From positions 1,041,313 to 1,105,312 of the forward strand of contig CAZDOJ010000001.1 in the NCBI GenBank assembly GCA_964507055.1: a DNA stretch of 64,000 nt, given 5' to 3'. Origin of the DNA: an uncultured Gammaproteobacteria bacterium (GTDB taxonomy: Bacteria; Patescibacteriota; Microgenomatia; Levybacterales; UBA12049). How positions within the stretch are numbered: position 1 is the stretch's first letter; the number at the start of each line of letters is the position of its first letter. The position numbers and the translations under genes were made by a program. The notes under the pieces were generated by a model. That model was not told the origin of the DNA and searched no databases. It saw only the letters and a program-made list of their open reading frames with translations. This document shows, in pieces, positions 1-8,888 of the stretch.

Positions 1-231
1 CACCCTGAAACTGTAAGAAGATTTCTAGCAATGAGTGAAGAGCAGGGAGGATTTGGAGATCATAATGTGCATGCAATTATGTTGGGCGACGAGCAACAAA
101 AAAGCATTTTGGCAAATTCCTTTGGTGTAACAAATACTACCGTTGCTCCTGATTTTGAAACACTTATAGAACAAAGCATGTATAAATTCGATGAAGATAT
201 GGAAGATTATTTTGCCGGGAAGGTAAATTAA
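1..231 (+). CDS. hypothetical protein, C-terminal fragment (ORF open to left window edge)
   Basis: Frame 1 is open from nt 1 to the stop at 229..231. The acidic tail (DEDMEDYFAGKVN) matches nothing I recognise. Confidence 0.3.
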   Translation, partial: HPETVRRFLAMSEEQGGFGDHNVHAIMLGDEQQKSILANSFGVTNTTVAPDFETLIEQSMYKFDEDMEDYFAGKVN

Positions 232-599
232 TTTTTCACTTTTGGAGCTTTTTTCGAAGCACGGATCTCATTGATGATTTGCTCCATTGCTCGCCTTGCA
301 GCAGCTAAGTCAACATTTGTATTCGTATCAGCCATGGTTTTTGTATCATCATGATCTGTTTTTTTCAAGATATCTTCAAAGAACTCTTTACCAAGTGCAG
401 CTTTTCCTTCTTCAATATCGGCAAATTCCCGTATGGTGTTTTCTTGCACTTTCATGTCATGAGATAAAAAGTAAGATTTCCAGGCGAGCCTTTCTATCGT
501 CAATTTTTCTGCTGGCTCCATGTAATCATACATATTAAGAACCTGCATTTTAAGTTTGTCTTCAATCGGCAACAGTTTTATAGCGTCTTTTGTAGTCAT
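228..599 (-). CDS. hypothetical protein (123 aa), immediately downstream of giant ORF
   Basis: Intact ORF on the same strand, 27 nt after the 1197-aa gene. Mixed-charge protein with no recognisable motif. Confidence 0.4.
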   Translation of the reverse strand: MTTKDAIKLLPIEDKLKMQVLNMYDYMEPAEKLTIERLAWKSYFLSHDMKVQENTIREFADIEEGKAALGKEFFEDILKKTDHDDTKTMADTNTNVDLAAARRAMEQIINEIRASKKAPKVKN

Positions 600-626
600 T
601 AATTTGAGTATAGCATAATGCTCTTA

Positions 627-3600
627 TCAGATTTTTCCGCTTAAGTGGTCAAATATTACACCCTCCGAGAAGAATGCTGCAAATTCAGACTTACCCCGAT
701 CACGAACAGATTTAATCATTCGCTCAAGTTTTGCATCAGCAGTCGAACCAATACTAGCCACGCCAAAATATGATTCCATCAGTTTAACCAAATCACTTTT
801 ACTCAGTACTGTTTGATTTCTATCAAACGCTGCCTCTGTCCCCACTTTTCCTCCGTACGAAACGGAATGGTCTCGACTATGGCTAAATATAAGATCCATG
901 ATATTCTTGTATGCTTGATCGGCGTCTACAGTCGATTTTGTTAAATCGTCAGGATCAGCTTTATCTCTTTTTAATGCGAATAATTTATCAACATCCTGAT
1001 CCTGAGGCATCTGATCCATAATTTCTTCAGTAATTGGGCCGTATCTTCCTACTGCTCTCTGGATTGCATCCAATTGTGGGGTTTTAATACCCTCCTTATC
1101 CAACTTTGCCAAAGTCTCTTCACCTTTTGTCTTTCTGGTATCAAGGTCTACAAGCATGCGGGATAATCCTTTCTGCCTCGCACTTACCCTTCGATAAATC
1201 TCGGTTTTTACACCACGCAACTGTTGCTCTGTCAGTGTTGCTACGGTTGCACCACCACTGATCTTTTCCTGAATCCGTGCAGCAATCTCTTTTTCATTGA
1301 GGCCATAGAGATCGAGTTCAGCAAAGCCATATTTAGCAGGATCCGTTAAATCCGTAAGCTCCGTACTTTGACTAGCAAGCACTGAATCAACGCGAATAGC
1401 ACGTGCCTCGGCCATTGCATGAAGAAGGGTTATACGATTATCGGAGATAGCATTTTCTGAAGCCGGCCATCCCTTCGTAGGATCTGCCTCATTTGCTTTA
1501 TTAATTCGTTTTACAAGCTCATCAAATGATTGTGTCTGTAAGTCGCCGAGTTGAAGAGCTGAACCAGTAGCATTCCATCCTTCCACTTTCGCTCGTGCCT
1601 TTGCCATTTCAAACATAGTAACATTCGTTGAATCTCTACCTTCTGTTTCAGTGCTTGTAAGCTTCTCCTGTTGTTCATGTAGTGTACTTTCCTTTTCAAT
1701 CAAATCACTTTGAGCCTGCTCCAATATTTGTCGTCTAGCTTCAATTTTATCAGCCCGGCTCTTAAATCTTGATTCATTGCGAAGATCAACCTCACGCTGC
1801 AACGCTTGTGCACGTGCACCCGACAACCTCTGCCTCGCACTTTCAAGAGTCCTCTGTTTAATACTATATTCGTTATTGTTTGTTTGCGGTAAACCTTCTG
1901 CATCAGCCACAGCTTGAGCTAACGGATCAATATATTTCTTATTGAATTCGTTCATACGTTCAGCAATTTCACTATCTAGCTTTTCGTATTCACTGTTTAT
2001 GGATTTGATACTTTGTCCATTAATTGAAACGCTTTCTGATCCACCATCACCCAAAGCATCTTGCAAAGCTTTTTGAATTTCCGCAACAGATGCATTTGGA
2101 TTACCCGAGATTGAAACTCCTCGTAAAACTTTATCTCGTTCCCGCTGCATTTTGCCTATCTCACCACGAATTTCACCAACTTTTGTTTCATAGGTATCGA
2201 GAGCATTTGCTTCAGCCTTTAGTATGGTCTCATCTCCACTGATTGATTCTTGCTCTTTCGTAAGTCTCTTTCGCTCCTCGTCCACCAATTTTCCAGAACG
2301 ATGAGCTGCTTTTGCTTCTGTAATCTTGTCGTAGGTACGCATCGTGTAATCCGCATTTCCATCCACAAGACTTTGAAAAACGATACTTACTTCAGCACCT
2401 ATAGCTTTTTCTGTAGCTTTTCTCCACCGATCGACATTTGCGGCAACATCAACATTGTTCTGGTCAAAATCAGGATTGGTAATCCAGCGTTCGGTGCCAT
2501 TAGGATTAAATAAGGGTGTCGACTTTGCATCGGTATAACTAGCTACCTTCATTCCAATCCCCAAAATAGGTCGACCATTACTGTAATTCCGGCGATTGCC
2601 CGCTGCATCTGTATAGAGAGAATATTTAGGCACCATAATAACTTCACCACTTGGTAATGTATACGGCTGGAGGTCAGCAATATCTTTACCTACAGCAGTT
2701 CCTTCCTGTTCAGCCCGCGTAACAGGGACCATTATAGGATCGCCATTAGGAAAATTGAGAAGTGTCCCAGTAGAATCAGTCGCCTGCTCGAGACGAGGGA
2801 CCTCTACTAGTTGCATTCTATTTCGACCCGTTGCAGGATCAATTACGGGTGCACCTGATGCGTCAAGTACGGAAATACTAATTCTATCCATCACTGGCAC
2901 ATCTATCGTTTTAATAACATTGGTTTCTAGGGTATTCCCTTTTCTATCTCGTATACCATCTCTATTTGCGTTAAATTCACGCATGACACTTTGCTCAAAA
3001 TCTGTACCTTGACGAGGCCTTCTGTTAGTCCCTTCTAAAAGCCAGGAAACATCCATTGGACGCCGATATTCACGAGGAATATTATTGTCAGATTGAAATT
3101 CTAAGACCGCTTTTGCTTCGGCTACAAGATCTGCTTCAAGCCGCTTTCGATCAACTGCTGTACCTGCGACAACGCTTTCACGCTTTCGAACTTCATTACC
3201 ATCAACTTCGTAGTCCGTAGGATTAACATTATGGAATGCTTTAACCCATTCAATAGCGGCTGCATTTGGGCTTTTGCCTTCAGGCGTTGGTGCATTTGGA
3301 TCGCCTAAAAATACCTTTAGAGCTTCAGCAGATGTCGCGGTATCCATCGTTTCTCCTCTTTGAGAAGCATATCTTGCAGCAGCAAAAGCATTGACCCCAG
3401 CTATAGCAGCGATACCACCCCATGGACCTCCTCCTGCAATAAGTCCAAGAGCACCTGCAGAAAGAGCAGCTACATTTCCGCCAGCCATAGCAGCAAGTAC
3501 TTTACCTTTTGTATTCAGTCTTGCCCCACGATCTCTCCCATAGACATCACCAGTAGGAGCTTTTATCCAGTCTTTAACGCTTCTTGCAGCCTCACGAAGT

Positions 3601-4220
3601 ACTCGACCTTTTCCTACTGTGTATGTATTGTCTTCTCCGATCTTATCTATAGGTTCGCCAGGCTCTGTAGTCATTGAAAAAGCCGCAGCCATAGCCTTTT
3701 CTTGCAGTTGGTATTGTCGGATTTGATACACAGCAGCCATCCCTCGATCTGTATGCATAAACGCATCAAGTGCATCCTCATCTATGGCTAACTGACGACC
3801 GTCTTTTCCGGTACCAGGCTGTGACTTCACCATTCTATCGAAAATATTTATATAATACTCATGTCCGGTAGTTCTAAGAAAGTTATTAAATTCGCTTTGA
3901 GAACGAGTTCTTCGCATTTCCAACAATTTCTCAAGGTCTTGCCGCATACCATTGCTGAACTTTTTTACAGTTTCTTCAGAAACATTCGTTTCGCGATTGA
4001 TTCGTTTTTCTTTTCCAGATGTCTTTTCAAGCCCACCCTCAGGACCTTGACGTCCGGCATCATAGCCTGGACTATGAACGAACTTCGCCTTAAGTGACTT
4101 TGGTCCTGCATCAGCATTGTTACCTCTTCCCCTTCTTAGAGGATTCTTACTTCTTTTTTCATTTTGTGGTGCATCATTTCCTGAAGCAGAAGACGAACGC
4201 TCAATTATTTCTGTAGCCAT
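627..4220 (-). CDS. giant coiled-coil protein (1197 aa) with Gly-zipper hydrophobic hairpin
   Basis: Uninterrupted 3.6-kb ORF with no N-terminal signal peptide. Residues ~255-295 are Gly/Ala-rich hydrophobic (LAAMAGGNVAALSAGALGLIAGGGPWGGIAAIAGVNAFAAA), a glycine-zipper pattern. The rest is long heptad-like Glu/Arg/Lys/Gln segments. Amino-acid composition (Ala/Arg/Asp/Glu) is unlike the Lys/Ile/Asn-rich housekeeping proteins in this window. Confidence 0.6.
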   Translation of the reverse strand: MATEIIERSSSASGNDAPQNEKRSKNPLRRGRGNNADAGPKSLKAKFVHSPGYDAGRQGPEGGLEKTSGKEKRINRETNVSEETVKKFSNGMRQDLEKLLEMRRTRSQSEFNNFLRTTGHEYYINIFDRMVKSQPGTGKDGRQLAIDEDALDAFMHTDRGMAAVYQIRQYQLQEKAMAAAFSMTTEPGEPIDKIGEDNTYTVGKGRVLREAARSVKDWIKAPTGDVYGRDRGARLNTKGKVLAAMAGGNVAALSAGALGLIAGGGPWGGIAAIAGVNAFAAARYASQRGETMDTATSAEALKVFLGDPNAPTPEGKSPNAAAIEWVKAFHNVNPTDYEVDGNEVRKRESVVAGTAVDRKRLEADLVAEAKAVLEFQSDNNIPREYRRPMDVSWLLEGTNRRPRQGTDFEQSVMREFNANRDGIRDRKGNTLETNVIKTIDVPVMDRISISVLDASGAPVIDPATGRNRMQLVEVPRLEQATDSTGTLLNFPNGDPIMVPVTRAEQEGTAVGKDIADLQPYTLPSGEVIMVPKYSLYTDAAGNRRNYSNGRPILGIGMKVASYTDAKSTPLFNPNGTERWITNPDFDQNNVDVAANVDRWRKATEKAIGAEVSIVFQSLVDGNADYTMRTYDKITEAKAAHRSGKLVDEERKRLTKEQESISGDETILKAEANALDTYETKVGEIRGEIGKMQRERDKVLRGVSISGNPNASVAEIQKALQDALGDGGSESVSINGQSIKSINSEYEKLDSEIAERMNEFNKKYIDPLAQAVADAEGLPQTNNNEYSIKQRTLESARQRLSGARAQALQREVDLRNESRFKSRADKIEARRQILEQAQSDLIEKESTLHEQQEKLTSTETEGRDSTNVTMFEMAKARAKVEGWNATGSALQLGDLQTQSFDELVKRINKANEADPTKGWPASENAISDNRITLLHAMAEARAIRVDSVLASQSTELTDLTDPAKYGFAELDLYGLNEKEIAARIQEKISGGATVATLTEQQLRGVKTEIYRRVSARQKGLSRMLVDLDTRKTKGEETLAKLDKEGIKTPQLDAIQRAVGRYGPITEEIMDQMPQDQDVDKLFALKRDKADPDDLTKSTVDADQAYKNIMDLIFSHSRDHSVSYGGKVGTEAAFDRNQTVLSKSDLVKLMESYFGVASIGSTADAKLERMIKSVRDRGKSEFAAFFSEGVIFDHLSGKI

Positions 4221-4261
4221 ATCTAAATGTTACTTGATTGAAGTATAAATATCAATTATGA

Positions 4262-5944
4262 TTGTCCTATATGCCAGAGAATGAAGAACATCAAGGGGGT
4301 CCAGAGAATCAACCACCTACACCAGAAGAGATACGAACCCGAGAAGTTGATACTGTTGCAAAAAAATTGCTTTCTGAAAAAGCTGCTGCTAGTAAGTTAG
4401 TAGATGAAGCCGATAGAACGAAAGCAGATAAGGCACTTGTCTTTTTTGATAGATTGCAAAATGACCCGGAGCCAGACTTTGATGTAGGAGGGAGTAACTT
4501 GAAGATGCCAGCCTTCAGCGTCGATAAATATAGCTTTAAAAATAATGAAGCTTCTATTGCTGGATTTCATAAAACAACTGGCGAAGGTTTACTGCTGTGT
4601 TCTGTTAATGATAGTGACGGTGATGTAATAGTTGGTGATGATGGCAAACCTGTCTTGTTCGAATTCCCAAGAGATGAGGTGCTCAACGCACAAGTTCATT
4701 CTGAAAAGACCGTGCTTCGTGATGCATTCTCTGATGATGAACAAACACTTTTTAATACCTATGCAGAATCTCTTCCTCAAAATGATCATCCAGTTCCACC
4801 AGCAGAAGGTGCTTCCGATTTAGTGGATAGTATCGCTGAAAAACAAGGCATACTCAGAACAGCTGATCTCCAAGATTTCATTGATCAACTTCCTGATGAG
4901 AAAAAAACTCCAGAAGTGCAAGACGCCATAGATGCACTCCAAGACCGTAAGCTTGCAACAGCAGCAGATTTTCGTACAATCGTTGAAGCTGCAGGATATG
5001 ATGATGACACATTAGGAGACGAACTAGGAGCAGACATAGCAGCACAAAGGGCACAGCATGAGACAGATCTCGCAGCACTCGCAGAACCAGACGGAGCTGA
5101 TGTAGCAACACGTGATGAGCTTAATGCAAAAATTGCTGAAGCAGATCAAAAACTCGCTTTAGTCGATAAAGCTAAAGATGCTATGGCTGAGACAAAAGTA
5201 CCTGACGTTCCTGAGAGAGAGTTGGATGGTGAAGCTGTTGATAATGTTACAAAGGAAATAAGAGCACAAATAGCATCGCTAGAAGGTATCCTCGAAACGT
5301 ATTATCATAAATTGGAGAATGGTGATGTAGTGTTGAAAGAAAACCTTACAAAGGCCGAAGCAAATACCATGCGTCAAGCTGAACGACTTCGTGCAGAATT
5401 TGCTTTAGCAGAGAAAGCGACAGGAATCCTTGGTCCACTGAGAAGGCTTCAGGTATTAACTGATGCAAAGGAAACTTATGACAAGGAACTCAAAGGATTT
5501 GCGACACCACAAGGCATAGAAAAATTATTGAAAGATCCTGATCTCCTTGCAGGCGTAGCAATAGCACAAACCGAATTACAGGCAACACTAGGTCTCACTG
5601 ATGCTGAGATGAAAGCAGCTGGAGAAGAAGAGGGTGGTTGGGAAAAGCTCATGGAAGATGATAAGTATGCGGATAAAGAAGATGAACTTAATGAAAAAAC
5701 TTTTGGAGATATCGATAAAACAGAACTTTATCAAATGATAGATGAAGTGAAGCAATCACATCTTGATATCAAGGATGCTCGTTGGAATAGTCGATTAAGG
5801 GAATTCGCATTCAGGAATAAAGGGAAACGTCTCGGTATACTCGCACTTCTTCTTGCAGCAATACCAGTCGCTGCTGCTGCCATGACTGTCGCAGTAACAG
5901 TAGGAGCAGTTGGTGCAGCAGGTAAAGGAATGCAACAACACTAA
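4262..5944 (+). CDS. hyper-acidic tail-anchored protein (560 aa)
   Basis: Asp/Glu/Ala-rich throughout. Single C-terminal hydrophobic helix (LGILALLLAAIPVAAAAMTVAVTVGAVGAAG) with no N-terminal signal. Divergent from the 1197-aa gene across a 41-nt spacer. Confidence 0.6.
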   Translation: MSYMPENEEHQGGPENQPPTPEEIRTREVDTVAKKLLSEKAAASKLVDEADRTKADKALVFFDRLQNDPEPDFDVGGSNLKMPAFSVDKYSFKNNEASIAGFHKTTGEGLLLCSVNDSDGDVIVGDDGKPVLFEFPRDEVLNAQVHSEKTVLRDAFSDDEQTLFNTYAESLPQNDHPVPPAEGASDLVDSIAEKQGILRTADLQDFIDQLPDEKKTPEVQDAIDALQDRKLATAADFRTIVEAAGYDDDTLGDELGADIAAQRAQHETDLAALAEPDGADVATRDELNAKIAEADQKLALVDKAKDAMAETKVPDVPERELDGEAVDNVTKEIRAQIASLEGILETYYHKLENGDVVLKENLTKAEANTMRQAERLRAEFALAEKATGILGPLRRLQVLTDAKETYDKELKGFATPQGIEKLLKDPDLLAGVAIAQTELQATLGLTDAEMKAAGEEEGGWEKLMEDDKYADKEDELNEKTFGDIDKTELYQMIDEVKQSHLDIKDARWNSRLREFAFRNKGKRLGILALLLAAIPVAAAAMTVAVTVGAVGAAGKGMQQH

Positions 5945-5982
5945 AGTTTGTAATCTAGACCACATACATTTCCAGTACTCTG

Positions 5983-7191
5983 ATGTATAGTTATATTATG
6001 ATGAAATTGCTAGGCATTCGCGTAACAATCTTCCTAGTACCTCTTTTCCTCTTCCTTTTTAGTTTTCCCCCACATACATTCGCAGCAGATTTTCGTACAG
6101 GGGAAGAAGTCCGTGTCCCTGAAACTGAACAAAATCTTGATAACCTGTATCTTTTTGGTGGAAATATTACCCTTGATGCACCAGTCTCCAATGAACTAAC
6201 AACAGCAGGTGGAGATATAAATATCAATGGACCCATCGAAGGCAGTGCACTTATTGGTGGTGGAAATATCACAATCCGAGGTGCTATAGGAAATAATGCA
6301 CGTATAGCCGGTGGAGACATAACTATCGATGCACCTATTACACAAGATTTAGTAATTACTGGAGGGAATATCATATTAACAAAGAATGCTTCGATCGGCG
6401 GTGATATTTTATTTGCAGGAGGAAAGCTCACTGTTGATGGACCTGTTTCAGGAAAGATTCAAGCACAAGGCGGAAATGTCACCATTAATAGTAGTGTTGG
6501 AGGAGATGTTTCGGGAGGGATTGAAGACCTCAAACTTGGATCAACTGCAGATATCAAAGGCAATCTTTCATACAGGTCGCCCGAGAGGGCACAGATTGCT
6601 CAAGGAGCAACAGTTGCAGGGCAAACGAACTATCAACCAGAACGCAAAGATCATGACCGTAATGAGGGAGCTGCTGGATTTTTCGCTGGAGCAGCAGTTT
6701 ATAAACTACTCGCAGACATTATCATTTGTTTACTCTTCGTTTATTTCTTCCGAAGAGCACTTGTAACTACATTCAATCGTATGCGTATCGCTCCTGTTAA
6801 AAGTGGAGCGATTGGATTTGCTTTTATAATTCTTGTCCCAATCGCAGGATTTTTACTTTTCCTTCTTATTATGCTGGGCGTTGCGACAATGCTTGGGTAC
6901 ATAATGGCTTGGCTGATTAGTATATTTATTGCACAACTTTTCCTTGGCTGGGCTATTATGAACTGGCTCCAACGAAATAATAAAGATACATATATTCTCG
7001 ACTGGAAAGCTGCTGTGATTGGGCCAATTATAGTATTTATCTTGATGTTTATCCCTATCTTTGGCTGGTTAGTCTTTGCAGTTGTTTTTCTTATCGCACT
7101 TGGTGCAATGCTTGGAGAATTGACTCATCTAGTCTCAGCTCAAAAGTCACTTTCATCTCCACAAAAATCTACACCGTCAAAGAGAAAATAG
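5983..7191 (+). CDS. beta-helix repeat (DUF4097/bactofilin-like GGxIxI repeats) protein with C-terminal polytopic membrane domain
   Basis: N-terminal signal/anchor (LFLFLFSFPPHTFAAD). At least 8 tandem ~20-aa repeats read GG(N/D)I(T/N)I.(A/G)P. The C-terminal ~150 aa contains 4-5 hydrophobic helices. Confidence 0.55.
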   Translation: MYSYIMMKLLGIRVTIFLVPLFLFLFSFPPHTFAADFRTGEEVRVPETEQNLDNLYLFGGNITLDAPVSNELTTAGGDININGPIEGSALIGGGNITIRGAIGNNARIAGGDITIDAPITQDLVITGGNIILTKNASIGGDILFAGGKLTVDGPVSGKIQAQGGNVTINSSVGGDVSGGIEDLKLGSTADIKGNLSYRSPERAQIAQGATVAGQTNYQPERKDHDRNEGAAGFFAGAAVYKLLADIIICLLFVYFFRRALVTTFNRMRIAPVKSGAIGFAFIILVPIAGFLLFLLIMLGVATMLGYIMAWLISIFIAQLFLGWAIMNWLQRNNKDTYILDWKAAVIGPIIVFILMFIPIFGWLVFAVVFLIALGAMLGELTHLVSAQKSLSSPQKSTPSKRK

Positions 7192-7301
7192 TAAATCGGG
7201 ACATATCTGCTACTGCAGATACATCTGTTCGTAGATACTGTAAATATTTTGAAATAAGTTTCATGTGAGGAAAAATTCTTGGATGCAGGGTATTTCGAAG
7301 T

Positions 7302-7784
7302 TTAACGCTTTGGTGATTGCTTCTTTCGTCGTGCTTTACCACCAGTACCGACTGTTCGTCGTTCTCTGATACGTGAATCACGTGTTAAGAAACCTTTTTT
7401 CTTAAGAAGTGCTCTGTATTCTTCAGGATTGAGCTTGGTCAATGCATTTGCAATACCAGCGATTGTTGCTTGAAGTTGACCTGATGGTCCACCGCCTGCA
7501 ACTTTAATAGTGAATGCGAAATTCTTTTGGTGTGCGTTTGTAATGCGAAGGGGTTCTGTGTAAAGGTGTCGACTAACATCACCTGAGAAATATTGATCGA
7601 TAGGTTTTTCGTTTACGAACATATCGCCTTTTTTAACAGCGTGCTCACCCCATGTAAGTTCAGCCTTTGTTGTTTCGTATAAACGAACACGTGCTACTGA
7701 TTCTTTTCGTCGTCCGACTGCGAAGACATAATCTTTTCGAGCTGTTTTATTTCTTTTAATTGGTTGTTGTACTTCTTCTGCCAT
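7302..7784 (-). CDS. rpsI: 30S ribosomal protein S9
   Basis: GRRKESVARV, the GGGPSGQ..A...GIA motif and the C-terminal RERRTVGTGGKARRKKQSPKR are diagnostic of S9. Confidence 0.93.
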   Translation of the reverse strand: MAEEVQQPIKRNKTARKDYVFAVGRRKESVARVRLYETTKAELTWGEHAVKKGDMFVNEKPIDQYFSGDVSRHLYTEPLRITNAHQKNFAFTIKVAGGGPSGQLQATIAGIANALTKLNPEEYRALLKKKGFLTRDSRIRERRTVGTGGKARRKKQSPKR

Positions 7785-7789
7785 AGTTT

Positions 7790-8218
7790 TTAGTTTTTGA
7801 ATTTATCTGTATAGGTGTGCTCTGCTTCTGGGAACACAAATAATCTACTCAACATTTTATCACGTAATCTATTTTGTGGAAGCATTCCTTTTACTGCATG
7901 TTTAAGAACTTCTTCTGGTTTACGTGCACGCAATTCCTTTAATGTTTCTTCTTTAAATCCACCTGGATATCCTGAATGGCGATAATATGTTTTTTGAACT
8001 TCTTTTTTACCAGTTACCTTAATATCTTTTGCATTTGTTATGACTACGTAATCTCCGCAATCAAGGTTTCGAACGAAATAAGCTTTACCTTTACCCATCA
8101 ATAATTGAGCAATCTCAGATGCGATACGACCAAGAGTCTTATCTTTTACATCAATGTGATGCCATGCTCTTTTGATATCTCCTGCTTTTGTTGCTTGTGT
8201 TTGTGCTGCTTGATTCAT
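7790..8218 (-). CDS. rplM: 50S ribosomal protein L13
   Basis: Typical L13 N-terminus (KAGDIKRAWHHIDVKDKTLGRIASEIAQLLMGKGK) and YYRHSGYPGG core. Confidence 0.93.
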   Translation of the reverse strand: MNQAAQTQATKAGDIKRAWHHIDVKDKTLGRIASEIAQLLMGKGKAYFVRNLDCGDYVVITNAKDIKVTGKKEVQKTYYRHSGYPGGFKEETLKELRARKPEEVLKHAVKGMLPQNRLRDKMLSRLFVFPEAEHTYTDKFKN

Positions 8219-8221
8219 AGT

Positions 8222-8746
8222 TTATCCTTTTTTCTGTCGAGTCACCATTTGTTTTGGTGCTGAACTCTTAACCGCTTTTGTTTTCTTTTCTGGCTTAGCA
8301 ACTGCTACTGTAGCTTTTGCTTCTGTTGTTTGTGCCGCTTTCGCAGGCTTATTAACTTTTTTCTCTTTAACAAGCTTCGCTACTGTCTTTTCACCCTTAA
8401 CAACCCATTCCATAATAACTTCAGGTGAATTATCAGCAACTCTTCGTCCAACTTTAATGATTCGAGTATAGCCACCTTGGCGATCTGCGAATCGTGGAGC
8501 AATTTGCTCAATTAACTTTGCTGCTGCTACATGTCGAACATCTGGTGCGAGTGCTCGTAAAGCGATTTCTCCACCTTTTTTTGCTTTGGTAACTAATTTA
8601 TCAGCTGCTGCACGAATGGATTTTGCTTTTGCTTCTGAAGTGATGATTCGTTCTTCAAGAACGAGTGAAGTAAGCAGGTTTTTAAACAAAGCTTTACGCT
8701 CGTTTGCATCTCTCTTAAATTGTCGTCCAAAAACATTTTTTTTCAT
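8222..8746 (-). CDS. rplQ: 50S ribosomal protein L17 (with Lys/Ala-rich C-terminal tail)
   Basis: L17 core (GRQFKRD..RKALFKNLLTSLVLEERIITSEAKAK..GGYTRIIKVGRR). Start trimmed from the track's 8806 to the internal ATG (MKKNVFGRQF). The 20-codon upstream extension is hydrophobic junk. Confidence 0.88.
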   Translation of the reverse strand: MKKNVFGRQFKRDANERKALFKNLLTSLVLEERIITSEAKAKSIRAAADKLVTKAKKGGEIALRALAPDVRHVAAAKLIEQIAPRFADRQGGYTRIIKVGRRVADNSPEVIMEWVVKGEKTVAKLVKEKKVNKPAKAAQTTEAKATVAVAKPEKKTKAVKSSAPKQMVTRQKKG

Positions 8747-8888
8747 AAATAAATAAAAAAATCCGAAGTTCGAAATCCCAAATACGAAACAAAACCAATT
8801 TTTCAAAATACTAACGACAATTTTTAATTGTGGGCATTTGTATTCTGAGCTTGTTTCGAATTTCGATATTCGAATTTCGGATTTACTC

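Noticed and set aside
8747-8888. Possible tRNA: GTTCGAAATCC looks like a T-loop
   Set aside because: No flanking acceptor or anticodon stems can be built. The apparent T-loop is part of a TTTCGAW repeat array, so no cloverleaf is supported.
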